Below are positions 33,331 through 42,805 of a stretch of DNA of 64,000 nucleotides, piece by piece. The stretch comes from an uncultured Chryseobacterium sp. (GTDB lineage: Bacteria; Bacteroidota; Bacteroidia; Flavobacteriales; Weeksellaceae): NCBI RefSeq assembly GCF_913775525.1, contig NZ_CAJYLH010000034.1; one strand, 5' to 3'. Position 1 is the stretch's first letter; every line of letters starts with the position of its first letter. The notes below the pieces were generated by a model, which made no database searches, was not told the DNA's origin, and saw only the letters and a list, made by a program, of their open reading frames with translations. A program made the translations under genes and the position numbers.

Positions 33331-33405
33331 TGGTCCCACTTGGGCTCGAACCAAGGACCACCTGATTATGAGTCAGGTGCTCTAACCAACTGAGCTATAG
33401 GACCT
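33331..33405 (-). tRNA. tRNA with CAU anticodon (elongator Met or lysidine-dependent Ile2); CCA not encoded
   Basis: The reverse complement GGTCCTATAGCTCAGTTGGTTAGAGCACCTGACTCATAATCAGGTGGTCCTTGGTTCGAGCCCAAGTGGGACCA folds as a cloverleaf. It has a 7-bp acceptor stem, a D arm GCTC/GAGC, an anticodon stem CCTGA/TCAGG with loop CTCATAA, and a T arm CTTGG/CCAAG with TTCGAGC. It is not an initiator, because it lacks the GGG/CCC anticodon stem. The C4:G69 and C5:G68 pairs hint at Ile2. Confidence 0.9.
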
Positions 33406-33465
33406 CAAAATTGGTTGAATTTTGTGACTGCAAAAATAGCAAAATTTCCGGCACTGCAAAATTTT

Positions 33466-33864
33466 TTACGGTTTTTCTTGACATAATTCTACCAGGACTC
33501 CATTGGTGCTTTTCGGGTGCAGGAAAGCAACCAGCTTATTATCAGCGCCTTCTTTAGGCTCTTCGGAAATAAATTCAAACCCTTCTTTTTTCAGGCGGTC
33601 TATCTCATCCAGAATATTATCGACACCAAAGGCAAGATGGTGGATGCCCTCCCCTTTTTTACTAATGAATTTGGAAATGGGACTGTCCTCTTTGCTGGCT
33701 TCAAGCAGTTCGATTTTGCTGTCGCCGCTCTGATAAAAAGAGGTGACTACTCCTTCGCGTTCAACACTTTCTTTTTTGTAGGAAGGTTTTCCCAGCAGGC
33801 GGGCAAAAAGGTCATCGGAAATCCCCAGGGAGGCTACAGCAATGCCGATATGTTCTAACTTCAT
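33466..33864 (-). CDS. mce: methylmalonyl-CoA epimerase (VOC/glyoxalase fold)
   Basis: 132 aa: MKLEHIGIAV...GEGIHHLAFGVDNI...AFLHPKSTNGVLVEL. Confidence 0.8.
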   Translation of the reverse strand: MKLEHIGIAVASLGISDDLFARLLGKPSYKKESVEREGVVTSFYQSGDSKIELLEASKEDSPISKFISKKGEGIHHLAFGVDNILDEIDRLKKEGFEFISEEPKEGADNKLVAFLHPKSTNGVLVELCQEKP

Positions 33865-33937
33865 AGGTTGATGGATCTAATTAAGCGTAAATTTATTGCT
33901 GAAGGCAGATTTCGCCCGGCAATTCAAACAAAAGTAC

Positions 33938-33945
33938 TAAATTTG
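33938..33945 (+). promoter_or_regulatory. -7 promoter element (TAAATTTG) upstream of rbfA
   Basis: It matches TAnnTTTG and ends 8 nt before the rbfA ATG. Confidence 0.4.
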
Positions 33946-33953
33946 CATCACTT

Positions 33954-34313
33954 ATGGAAAGTAACAGACAAAGAAAAGTAGCACAGATTATACAGGAAGA
34001 TTTCGCGGAGCTTTTCCGTAAACAGGCGTCAGAGAGCAAGCAAAGCATCCTGATCAGTGTTTCGGATGTAAAGATTTCTGCCGATCTGGGGATTGCCAAG
34101 ATTTACCTCAGCATTTTCCCGCAGGAGTTCCGCTCTGCCGTTATGAAGGAGATTGAGGCCAATAAAACCCAGTACCGCAACTTTATCGGTCAAAAAATGG
34201 CCAAGCAGGTACGTGTGATCCCGCAGCTGAACTTCTACCTGGATACCACGCTGGACGATGTGGAAAGGATTGAAAAGGAACTAAGAGGCGAAGGCGATAA
34301 TCCTACCCTGTAA
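33954..34313 (+). CDS. rbfA: ribosome-binding factor A
   Basis: 119 aa: MESNRQRKVAQIIQEDFAELF...VSDVKISADLGIAKIYLS...IPQLNFYLD. Confidence 0.9.
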   Translation: MESNRQRKVAQIIQEDFAELFRKQASESKQSILISVSDVKISADLGIAKIYLSIFPQEFRSAVMKEIEANKTQYRNFIGQKMAKQVRVIPQLNFYLDTTLDDVERIEKELRGEGDNPTL

Positions 34314-34318
34314 AAAGC

Positions 34319-35524
34319 GTGAAAAACATTGCCTTCTATATTGCATCCCGCTACCTTTTATCCAAAAAAGGAAGTACGGCTGTTACGTTTATTACGTGGC
34401 TGGCTATCGGGGCTATGACAGTAGCTGTAACGGCAATGTTTGTTATTATCTCTGTATTCTCCGGACTGGAAGACCTTAACCAGGACCTCATCTCCAATCT
34501 CCACGCCGATCTTACCGTGGAAAGCGTTTCAGGAAAAACACTGAAAGACCTTAATAAAACGGTTGATATCCTGAAAGCCAATAAAGAAATCAGCAGCTTT
34601 TCAAAGGTTATTGAAGAAAAAGTCTACATCAACTTCAACGGAAAAGGGGATATCGCTTACCTGCGCGGTGTAGATTCTGCCTATACTAAGGTAAACCCCA
34701 TCAACAAAGAAGTATTCTACGGAACATATCCAAGTTTTGAGTATTCCAATGAAGTCCTGATGGAAAATTCACTGGACAACCGCCTGTCGGTGCCGGTAGC
34801 TTCCGATAAAGGCTTTGCTACGGTCTTCATGCCCAAAGCAGGAACAGGGATCATTAACAAAGAAGAAGATATTTACCGTAAAAAAGATATTCTGGTAACC
34901 GGTGTATTTCCTGGAAAAGACCAGCTGGACAATTACATCATCGCTCCGATCGAGCTGACGGAAGAACTTCTGGACCTGCCGAAGAACTCAGCCTACCGGA
35001 TCGTGATCAAACTGAAAAACCCGGACAATACAGATGCGGTAAAACAGCAACTGCTCTCTTCTTTAGACAAAAAGGTAAAAATCCGTACCAAGGAAGAGGA
35101 GAATGCAGCATTCTGGAAAATGATCAATACTGAAAAACTGTTTATTTACCTGATCTTTGCCCTGGTCATCTTTATCACGACCTTTAACCTTGCCGGTGCC
35201 ATCATCATCCTTCAGCTGGATAAAAAACAGCAGGCACGGTCACTGGTTTCGCTGGGCTTCCCGCTTAACGGACTCAGAAAAATCTATTTTTATACCGGAA
35301 TCCTGATTGTCATCTGCGGCGTTGCCTCCGGACTGATCTTCGGGACTGCACTCTGCTATTTCCAGGAATATACTGAGTTTTTCAGGGCCAATGAAACACT
35401 GCCATTCCCGGTAAAAATTGTAGCCCGGAATTATATTACCGTTGCTCTTACAGCAGCCCTGTTTGGGATCGCCATTTCCTGGTTCTTCTCCAGGATACGC
35501 AAAGACTATATTACTAAAAATTAA
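34319..35524 (+). CDS. FtsX-like ABC transporter permease (LolC/E-like)
   Basis: 401 aa with a GTG start. N-terminus IASRYLLSKKGS, then TM1, a large periplasmic loop and three C-terminal TM segments. Confidence 0.8.
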   Translation: MKNIAFYIASRYLLSKKGSTAVTFITWLAIGAMTVAVTAMFVIISVFSGLEDLNQDLISNLHADLTVESVSGKTLKDLNKTVDILKANKEISSFSKVIEEKVYINFNGKGDIAYLRGVDSAYTKVNPINKEVFYGTYPSFEYSNEVLMENSLDNRLSVPVASDKGFATVFMPKAGTGIINKEEDIYRKKDILVTGVFPGKDQLDNYIIAPIELTEELLDLPKNSAYRIVIKLKNPDNTDAVKQQLLSSLDKKVKIRTKEEENAAFWKMINTEKLFIYLIFALVIFITTFNLAGAIIILQLDKKQQARSLVSLGFPLNGLRKIYFYTGILIVICGVASGLIFGTALCYFQEYTEFFRANETLPFPVKIVARNYITVALTAALFGIAISWFFSRIRKDYITKN

Positions 35525-35547
35525 TATCGGAAGTATCTAATTTTTAA

Positions 35548-35555
35548 TATCTTTG
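35548..35555 (+). promoter_or_regulatory. -7 promoter element (TATCTTTG) upstream of the nuclease gene
   Basis: It matches TAnnTTTG and ends 22 nt before the ATG at 35578. Confidence 0.4.
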
Positions 35556-35577
35556 CTGCCCCCAATTAAAAAAAAAA

Positions 35578-37356
35578 ATGAAACGTATTTTATGTGCTTT
35601 TTTAATGAGCTTTACATTTCTCAATGTATGGGCTCAGATTCCTAACGGATACTATGACGGAACAACAGGCCTTACCGGTGCAGCACTGAAGACCAAGCTG
35701 AAAGAGATCATTACCAACGGCCATGTGGACCACGGCTACGGCGGGCTCTACACCGGATACCAGACTACCGACCGCGATTATTTCTATGAAAACGACGGAA
35801 CAGTGCTGGACATGTATTCCGAGAACCCAAACGGCCCAGATCCGTATAACTTTACCCCCGGAAACAACCAATGCGGAAATTACAACAGTGAAAGCGACTG
35901 CTACAACAGGGAACACGTGGTGCCCCAAAGCCTTTTCAACAGTAATGCTCCTATGGTTTCAGACATCCATTTCATCAGGCCTACCGACGGATATGTGAAC
36001 GGAAAACGCTCCAACTACCCATACGGAAAAGTAGGGACCGCCTCGTTTACCTCCCTGAACGGATCCAAACTGGGAAATTCCGTATCGGCAGGATACTCAG
36101 GAACCGTATTTGAACCGATTGACGCTTTCAAAGGCGATGTAGCCAGGATGATCTTTTACTTTGTCACACGATATGAAAGCCAGCTATCCGGGTTTAATAC
36201 CGGAAATATGCTCGGAGGATCGGCATACCCGGGACTTCAGGCGTGGGAGCTTAACCAGCTGCTTGCGTGGAGCGCCATGGATCCGGTTTCGCCGGCAGAA
36301 ATTGCAAGGAACAATGCTTCATATACTTTTCAGGGCAACAGGAATCCCTATATTGATCATCCGGAATACGTTAACCAGGTATGGGGAACTCCGGTAGTGG
36401 ATACACAGGCTCCGACAGCTGCCACCAACCTTACCGCCGGTAATCCTACAGCAAACTCTATTGCACTGAACTGGACTGCCGCAACGGATAATATCGGTGT
36501 AGCCGGATATGACATCTATGTAAACGGAACATTATATGCTACGGTTACAGGAACTTCTGCTACCGTATCCGGACTGGCTCCTTCCACTACCTATACGTTC
36601 TACATCATTGCCCGCGATGCGGCAGGAAATTCTTCCGCACAGAGCAATACCGCAACAGGAACCACACTGGCCGGCCAAAGCGGAGGCGGGACCAGCTGCG
36701 GAACGGAAAACTTTGAAACCATTACCGTGGTAGCGGATGCCTATAACACCTATAACTGGACCAATAACGGAATCACATGGACTGCCACGGACTCCAGAAG
36801 CGACCAGACCATCAATAACAAAGCAATCACGATCCGCAACGGAAACCTGACCAGCTCATCCATTTCCGGAGGAATCCAGAGCCTTACGCTGACTACCCAG
36901 CTGAAATTTACAGGAAGCAGCAACAATCTGAATGTTCAGATCAATGGTGTTACTGTAGGAACCATTCCTTACAGCTCAACGGTGACGACAACGACGATCA
37001 ACAACATCAATATCAGCGGGAATATCGTGATCAAAATCATCAACCCTGTTTCAGGAAACAGAGTAGCGCTGGATAATCTGAGCTGGACGTGCTTTAGCAC
37101 GCTGGGCACGGCAGAGACCACTAAGGATAAAGCATTTGCCATATACCCGAATCCTGTACAGAATCATGAATTGTACGTAAAAGGAGAAAACCTGTCTAAA
37201 ATTTCAAAGGCAGAGATCTATGATCTATCCGGAAAACTGATCGAAACACTGATCAGTCCGTTTAAAAATTCAAATAAAATCCAGTTAAAAGGAATAACCA
37301 AAGGAAATTATATCCTTAAAACGGATTATTTCTCTACGAAATTCATCGTAGAATAA
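35578..37356 (+). CDS. secreted endonuclease I-family nuclease with Fn3 domain and T9SS C-terminal sorting domain
   Basis: Signal peptide; endonuclease I motifs NREHVVPQS and RNPYIDHPE; an Fn3-like segment (APTAATNLTAGNPTANSIALNWTAATDNIGVAGYDIY); and a C-terminal YPNPVQNHELYVKG...KFIVE Por-secretion tail. Confidence 0.8.
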   Translation: MKRILCAFLMSFTFLNVWAQIPNGYYDGTTGLTGAALKTKLKEIITNGHVDHGYGGLYTGYQTTDRDYFYENDGTVLDMYSENPNGPDPYNFTPGNNQCGNYNSESDCYNREHVVPQSLFNSNAPMVSDIHFIRPTDGYVNGKRSNYPYGKVGTASFTSLNGSKLGNSVSAGYSGTVFEPIDAFKGDVARMIFYFVTRYESQLSGFNTGNMLGGSAYPGLQAWELNQLLAWSAMDPVSPAEIARNNASYTFQGNRNPYIDHPEYVNQVWGTPVVDTQAPTAATNLTAGNPTANSIALNWTAATDNIGVAGYDIYVNGTLYATVTGTSATVSGLAPSTTYTFYIIARDAAGNSSAQSNTATGTTLAGQSGGGTSCGTENFETITVVADAYNTYNWTNNGITWTATDSRSDQTINNKAITIRNGNLTSSSISGGIQSLTLTTQLKFTGSSNNLNVQINGVTVGTIPYSSTVTTTTINNINISGNIVIKIINPVSGNRVALDNLSWTCFSTLGTAETTKDKAFAIYPNPVQNHELYVKGENLSKISKAEIYDLSGKLIETLISPFKNSNKIQLKGITKGNYILKTDYFSTKFIVE

Positions 37357-37379
37357 AATACCAAATTTATTGAATTCCC

Positions 37380-37405
37380 AGACCGGCTTGTCCGGTCTTT
37401 TTTTT
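37380..37405 (+). terminator. rho-independent terminator after the nuclease gene
   Basis: Stem AGACCGG / CCGGTCT with a 5-nt loop, then a T7 run. Confidence 0.75.
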
Positions 37406-37416
37406 ATTTTTGAAGG

Positions 37417-38154
37417 ATGGTTTCCAAGACAAAATTAGGCCTGATCGGCAGAAATATCTCGTATTCCTTTTCAAAGAAATTCTTTGAAAATAAATTCCAG
37501 AAACTGATGGTCCATGATTTCTCCTACGACATCTTTGACCTGCAGGACATCAGTGAAGCGGAACAGCTGTTTGCAGAACCCGGACTGCGGGGTTTCAATG
37601 TCACCATTCCGTACAAGGAAAAAATCATCGGTTACCTGGATGAGCTCAGCGAGGAAGCGAGGAATATAGGCGCCGTCAACTGTGTCTGTATTGAAAACGG
37701 ACTGAAAAAAGGCTATAATACCGATGCATTCGGATTTGAAAAAACTCTGCTCCTGCATCGTAAGCCTCACCACGTTTCTGCGCTTATCCTCGGCGACGGA
37801 GGGGCTGCCAAGGCGGTTCAGTATGTCATGGAAAAAAACAGCATTCCTTTTACTACAATATCACGGAAATCAGAGATTACTTTTGACACGCTCGATTGTG
37901 ATACGGTACGCCGGAATACCATCATTGTCCAATGCACTCCCGTAGGCACTTATCCGAATACAGATGACTGCCTGACCTTTCCGTTTGAAGGCATATCGCA
38001 ACAACACCTGGTTATTGACCTTATCTACAACCCTGAATATACCCGGTTTATCATCCATGCATCTGAGAAAGGAGCGAAAACCGTCAACGGATATTATATG
38101 CTTGAGCAGCAGGCTGAAAAAGCCTGGGAAATTTGGAATTTTCAAAAAAAATAA
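37417..38154 (+). CDS. aroE: shikimate dehydrogenase
   Basis: 245 aa with GLIGRNISYSFS, FNVTIPYK, NTD and the NAD(P) loop GDGGAAKA. Confidence 0.85.
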   Translation: MVSKTKLGLIGRNISYSFSKKFFENKFQKLMVHDFSYDIFDLQDISEAEQLFAEPGLRGFNVTIPYKEKIIGYLDELSEEARNIGAVNCVCIENGLKKGYNTDAFGFEKTLLLHRKPHHVSALILGDGGAAKAVQYVMEKNSIPFTTISRKSEITFDTLDCDTVRRNTIIVQCTPVGTYPNTDDCLTFPFEGISQQHLVIDLIYNPEYTRFIIHASEKGAKTVNGYYMLEQQAEKAWEIWNFQKK

Positions 38155-38228
38155 CCTAAATTAGTGCTTGAATTGCCTTTTTTGCTATATTTAAAGGATA
38201 TTAACACCATTCACATAAAAGATTTGCC

Positions 38229-40079
38229 ATGACTACAGAAAACAATCTTTCTGAAAACGAAGAAAAGAAAAATGCCGCAGAAATGCCGCAGGATGAGCAT
38301 CAGGAACCGATCCAGGAACCTACGGCTTCTCATGAAAATGATCATGAGGAAGAAAAGGATCCTGCCCATGAAGAAGAGATGCCGGCCACCCATGAAGAGG
38401 ATCACGAAGACCCTGATATGAGCCTGGCAGATATCCTGAAGGAGATGGAGAAGATCATCAATACTCCGGATGCCGGCGAAAATTCCAAAAGATTCAACCA
38501 GCTCAAAGAAAAAGCATCCCACCACCTCCATGATGAAGTAGAAGACAAGAAACACGAATATGTGGAAGCCGGAAATGCTGCTGAGAATTTCAGCTATGAG
38601 CATCCGATGCAATCCAGGTTTTCTGCTTTAGTCAACATCTTCAGGGAAAAACATGACGCCTACCAGAAAGGACAGGAAGAAGAGCAGAAGCAGAATCTGG
38701 AACACAGGCAAAACATTATCGAAAGACTTAAAAACCTCTATACCAATTCCGAACCCGGAGTCAATCTTTTCAGATCCATCCGTGAGATCAAAGAAGACTG
38801 GTCTAAAGCCGGCCAGGTAGCCAAATCGGAATTCAGGATCCTCAACAATAATTATTTCCATCATCTGAACCAGTTTTATCAGATGCTGGATCTCAATAAA
38901 GAATTCCTGGAGCAGGAATACAGCCACAACCTTGAAAAAAGGCAGCACATCATTGAGCGCGCCAGACAGCTGGAAAACGAACCGGTGATCCAGAAGGCCC
39001 TGAACGAGCTGCAATACCTGCATAAGCTCTGGAAAGAAGAGGCTGAGCCGGTGGCAGAAGAATTCCGTGAAAAGACCTGGGAAGAATTCAAGGAAATTTC
39101 CAATAAGATCCATGAAAGGAAATCTGAACTTTCTGTAGCCATAGAAGCTGAGCAGAATGCCAATCTGGAAAAGAAAAACCAGATCATTGCCGAAATCAAA
39201 AAACTTTCAGAACCGGCTGAGAATCCCAACCACAATTACTGGCAGAATGCCATCAGAAGAGTGGAAGACCTCCGTACTGAGTTTCTTAAAACCGGCAGCG
39301 TACCGAGGAAGCTTTCCAACCAGAACTGGAATCACTTTAAAAGTACGCTGAGAGCGTTCAATACGACAAAAAACAGCTATTATAAATCCCTAAAAGGTTC
39401 CCAACAAACGAATCTGGAGGAGAAAATGAAACTGATCCAGACTGCCCAGGACAATGTGAACAATGAGGATTGGGATATTTCTGTACCACTGTTCAAGAAA
39501 CTGCAGGAGGACTGGAAAAAAATCGGGCACGTTCCTAAGAGCATGACCAATAAAATCTGGGATGAGTTCCGCGATGCCTGTAATGCGTTTTTCAATAATT
39601 TCCGTGAAAAGAGCAATACCTCTACCGATAACTGGAAGGACAATTACAAACAGAAGAAGCATCTTCTGGACGAACTGAAAACCGTAGGCGATGAAGAAGG
39701 CAGCATCGAAAGAATCGAAGCCATCAAAACAGCCTGGAACAACATCGGTAAAGTGCCGCGCGATAAGATTTCCATCAATTCCGAATTCAACAAAACCTTA
39801 CGTGAAAAGCTGAGGCTGAATAAGATCAATGAGCTTGAACTCAAGGAAGAAGGATTGTCTGAAAACCAGCTGACGGATAAAGCCCGAAAAATCAAGAGCC
39901 AGATTTCTGACCTGGAAGGGGAAATTGTAAAGCTGGAAAACAACTTATCCTTCTTTACCAATCCATCCAGAGAGAACCCTCTGCTGAAGGATACTTATAA
40001 CACCATCGATGACAAAAAAGCACATCTGGAAACTTTAAAACAGAATCTTCACAGCATCATTTCCGGCTCTGGAGAATAA
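38229..40079 (+). CDS. DUF349 repeat protein
   Basis: 616 aa. An acidic, His-rich N-terminus is followed by about six repeats of the W-x-x-F-K/R...F pattern typical of DUF349. Confidence 0.7.
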   Translation: MTTENNLSENEEKKNAAEMPQDEHQEPIQEPTASHENDHEEEKDPAHEEEMPATHEEDHEDPDMSLADILKEMEKIINTPDAGENSKRFNQLKEKASHHLHDEVEDKKHEYVEAGNAAENFSYEHPMQSRFSALVNIFREKHDAYQKGQEEEQKQNLEHRQNIIERLKNLYTNSEPGVNLFRSIREIKEDWSKAGQVAKSEFRILNNNYFHHLNQFYQMLDLNKEFLEQEYSHNLEKRQHIIERARQLENEPVIQKALNELQYLHKLWKEEAEPVAEEFREKTWEEFKEISNKIHERKSELSVAIEAEQNANLEKKNQIIAEIKKLSEPAENPNHNYWQNAIRRVEDLRTEFLKTGSVPRKLSNQNWNHFKSTLRAFNTTKNSYYKSLKGSQQTNLEEKMKLIQTAQDNVNNEDWDISVPLFKKLQEDWKKIGHVPKSMTNKIWDEFRDACNAFFNNFREKSNTSTDNWKDNYKQKKHLLDELKTVGDEEGSIERIEAIKTAWNNIGKVPRDKISINSEFNKTLREKLRLNKINELELKEEGLSENQLTDKARKIKSQISDLEGEIVKLENNLSFFTNPSRENPLLKDTYNTIDDKKAHLETLKQNLHSIISGSGE

Positions 40080-40096
40080 ATAATTTATAATTGTTA

Positions 40097-40135
40097 AAAA
40101 GGCGGAGCAAAGAAATTTGTCTTCGCCTTTTTCTT
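40097..40135 (+). terminator. probable terminator after the DUF349 gene
   Basis: Stem AAAAGGCG / CGCCTTTT with a long loop of about 19 nt and T-rich 3-prime flank. Confidence 0.4.
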
Positions 40136-40142
40136 TCAATCT

Positions 40143-41168
40143 ATGGACGAACACTATATACAACGATGCATGGAACTGGCCCGGAAAGCCCTGGGTAATA
40201 CCTATCCCAATCCACTGGTAGGAAGCGTCATTGTGCACAATGGCCGGATCATTGGTGAAGGCTATCATCATAAGGCCGGTCAAAACCATGCTGAAATTAA
40301 TGCCATCAATTCCGTGGCAGATAAAAGCCTCATTCCGGAATCAACCATTTATGTTTCCCTGGAACCCTGCGCACATTATGGGAAAACACCACCGTGCGCA
40401 CTCAAAATAAAGGAGCTGGGGTTCAGGAAGGTGGTTATCGGTGCAATGGATTCACACGACAAAGTAAACGGCAAAGGAAAAAAAATCATTCAGGATGCCG
40501 GCATTGAGGTGGTATCGGGAATTCTGGAACAGGAATGCATTGAACTGAACAAACGATTTTTCACCTATCATGAAAAGAAAAGGCCTTATATCATTCTTAA
40601 ATGGGCGGAGTCTGGTGATGGCTTTTTAGATCAGGATTTTAAGCCTACTCCCATCTCAAATTCACTGGTCAATCAATTCGTGCATCAGCTTAGAGCTGAC
40701 GAACATGCGATCTTAGTAGGAACGCAAACGGCATTAAACGATAACCCTTCCCTGACCGTAAGAAATGCGGAAGGCAATAATCCTGTGAGAATCCTGGTGG
40801 ATTTTGACCTGAAAGTTCCGCATGATTTCAATTTGTACAATAACGAGGCACCTACCCTTATTTTCAACACTGAAAAAGAAGCAACGGAAGGCAATATCCG
40901 GTTTATAAAAACCGGTAGGGAAAACTTCCTGCCCGGACTGGCGGATGCCTTGTACCGCGAACAGATACAGTCCGTCATTATAGAAGGAGGTAGATTTACC
41001 TTACAGCAGTTTATTGATGCAGGCCTTTGGGATGAAGCGGTTGTCATTAAAAATGAGCAGCTGGAACTGGCCAATGGCACAAAAGCTCCTGACTTCCCTT
41101 TTGCACCGGAACGCACTGAATTTTTCAGGGATAACCGTGTTTCATGGTATAAAAAGGCATCGAATTAA
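40143..41168 (+). CDS. ribD: bifunctional riboflavin biosynthesis protein RibD (deaminase/reductase)
   Basis: The deaminase zinc motifs HAE and PCxxxxxxPPC are present (HAEINAI, EPCAHYGKTPPCA), followed by a reductase domain. Confidence 0.9.
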   Translation: MDEHYIQRCMELARKALGNTYPNPLVGSVIVHNGRIIGEGYHHKAGQNHAEINAINSVADKSLIPESTIYVSLEPCAHYGKTPPCALKIKELGFRKVVIGAMDSHDKVNGKGKKIIQDAGIEVVSGILEQECIELNKRFFTYHEKKRPYIILKWAESGDGFLDQDFKPTPISNSLVNQFVHQLRADEHAILVGTQTALNDNPSLTVRNAEGNNPVRILVDFDLKVPHDFNLYNNEAPTLIFNTEKEATEGNIRFIKTGRENFLPGLADALYREQIQSVIIEGGRFTLQQFIDAGLWDEAVVIKNEQLELANGTKAPDFPFAPERTEFFRDNRVSWYKKASN

Positions 41169-41228
41169 CGGAGATTTTCCATCTGATATTTAAATGTGTA
41201 ATTTTACAGGAATAAACCGGAGACAGAG

Positions 41229-41828
41229 ATGGCGTTTGAATTCAGGACTATAGAACAACCTGTAAATAATATTTTACTTAAAGAAAAAGGAAGCAAGTTC
41301 TTAGGCTTTGCCTGTCCGGTAAGCAATGAACAGGAACTGAAGCAGGCACTGGAAGCCATCAGGACAGAACATCCTAAAGCTACCCACCACTGCTATGCGT
41401 TCCGGATCGGGCTGAATGGCGAAAATTACCGCGCCAATGACGACGGGGAGCCTTCCGGAAGCGCCGGATTACCCATTTATAACCAGCTCCTTGCGCATGA
41501 ATTAACCAATGTCCTGGTGGTGATCGTACGGTATTACGGCGGGACAAAACTCGGGGTTTCAGGCCTTGTAAAAGCCTATAAAGAATCTGCTAAAGCGACA
41601 CTGGAAGAGGCAGGGTCAATAATCCGCGAACTGGAAACGGAAATTGAGGTTCAGTTTAATTTCAGCCAGCAGAATGTGATCTTCACCTTACTGTCTAAAT
41701 TTGATGCTAAAATCATCCGTTTTGATGCAGAGGAAAGAGCTGTTATTGCAGCTAAAATCAAGGAAAAGCATAAAGAAAGTCTGCTGGAAGCCTTATCCAA
41801 CCTCCAGGCGGTAGAATATACCGTGTAA
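41229..41828 (+). CDS. yigZ: YigZ/IMPACT-family protein (UPF0029)
   Basis: 199 aa with KGSKF, ATHHCYAF, DDGEPSGSAG and RYYGGTKLG. Confidence 0.85.
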   Translation: MAFEFRTIEQPVNNILLKEKGSKFLGFACPVSNEQELKQALEAIRTEHPKATHHCYAFRIGLNGENYRANDDGEPSGSAGLPIYNQLLAHELTNVLVVIVRYYGGTKLGVSGLVKAYKESAKATLEEAGSIIRELETEIEVQFNFSQQNVIFTLLSKFDAKIIRFDAEERAVIAAKIKEKHKESLLEALSNLQAVEYTV

Positions 41829-41944
41829 TTCAGTTATGACCTAAATGGCCGGATCATAGAACTACTTCATAAGTTCGATTTGCATATCTGAATTTAAGCA
41901 TGCATTACTTTAAACAAATCAATTTCAGTAGGAGTACAATAGAA

Positions 41945-41971
41945 ATAAAAAACCCGGACTCATCGTCCGGG
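41945..41971 (-). terminator. rho-independent terminator after the Zn-peptidase gene
   Basis: Stem CCCGGAC / GTCCGGG. An A-run precedes it on the plus strand, giving a U-run after the stem on the minus strand. Confidence 0.6.
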
Positions 41972-42000
41972 ATAATTTATTCTTTTCTTGCCTTAGGCAA

Positions 42001-42711
42001 TTAATCTCTTCTTCCACCCAGAAGCAGCGAACCCCAATACAGGAGCTGGGCAAGGGAACCAAGGGCAGCAACCACATAAGTTCGGGCCGCCCATTTAAGG
42101 CTGTCTTTCACCCCGACAAATTCTTCCTGTGTTACCGTTCCTGTATCTTTAAGCCACTTCATCGCCCTGTTGCTGGCATCATATTCTACAGGCAGCGTGA
42201 TGAAAGCAAAAAGTGTGGTGAAGGCAAACATAATGACTCCGATAGCCAATACGGTCGTATTTCCGTTCGGGTTTTCAAAACTCCTGGTAGAAGCCATGAT
42301 AACCAGACCGACCAGGATGACATACTGCATCAGGTTGGAACTGATCTGCACCACCGGTACCAGCTTCGAACGAAGCTGAAGCATGGAATATCCTACCGCA
42401 TGCTGAACGGCATGGCCGCATTCATGGGCAGCTACAGCCGCGGCCGCAGCATTTCTCTGCATATATACGCCTTCCGAAAGATTAACGGTTTTATCTGCCG
42501 GATTATAATGATCTGTCAATTGTCCCGGAACCGAAATAACCTGAACGTCATTGATCCCGTTGTCCTTCAGCATTTTCTCCGCGACTTCCTTACCGGAAAG
42601 CCCGTTTCTAAGATGCACGTTAGAATAATGTTCAAATTTCGACTTAAGCTTCCACGAAACATACCAACTGACGAGCATCGAAATAATGATAATGATATAA
42701 TAACCTGTCAT
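42001..42711 (-). CDS. membrane zinc metallopeptidase (YugP/Zn_peptidase_2 family)
   Basis: 236 aa with an N-terminal TM segment, the HExxH motif AHECGHAVQH and C-terminal TM segments. Confidence 0.85.
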   Translation of the reverse strand: MTGYYIIIIISMLVSWYVSWKLKSKFEHYSNVHLRNGLSGKEVAEKMLKDNGINDVQVISVPGQLTDHYNPADKTVNLSEGVYMQRNAAAAAVAAHECGHAVQHAVGYSMLQLRSKLVPVVQISSNLMQYVILVGLVIMASTRSFENPNGNTTVLAIGVIMFAFTTLFAFITLPVEYDASNRAMKWLKDTGTVTQEEFVGVKDSLKWAARTYVVAALGSLAQLLYWGSLLLGGRRD

Positions 42712-42774
42712 TTTTACTCAAATTTTAACCTTAAATCATGTAAAAACTGTGCCAAAGTATAGCATATTATTATC

Positions 42775-42782
42775 TATATTTG
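42775..42782 (+). promoter_or_regulatory. -7 promoter element (TATATTTG)
   Basis: It matches TAnnTTTG and ends 23 nt before the ATG at 42806. Confidence 0.4.
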
Positions 42783-42805
42783 CCTAATAATTACCCTTAT
42801 TTGCT

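Larger units (their letters stand above)
23918..33342. mobile_element. tRNA-associated genomic island (about 9.4 kb, AT-rich, no integrase, IS-scarred)
   Basis: It is bounded by the 13-bp direct repeat, and the intact tRNA 3-prime end points into the island. Sampled 60-mers are roughly 17-30 percent GC inside and roughly 40-45 percent outside (hand counts). Cargo is the methyltransferase / two-component operon plus a decayed ISL3 element. Confidence 0.65.

Noticed and set aside
23918-33342. Whether the island is a prophage, ICE or IME
   Set aside because: There are no capsid, tail, terminase, portal, relaxase, T4SS or integrase genes. The only mobility gene is a dead ISL3 transposase. It is better described as a decayed integrative island.
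40080-40142. FMN riboswitch upstream of ribD
   Set aside because: The spacer is only 63 nt and is occupied by a terminator-like hairpin. That is too short for the FMN aptamer of about 140 nt, and no conserved RFN core is visible.
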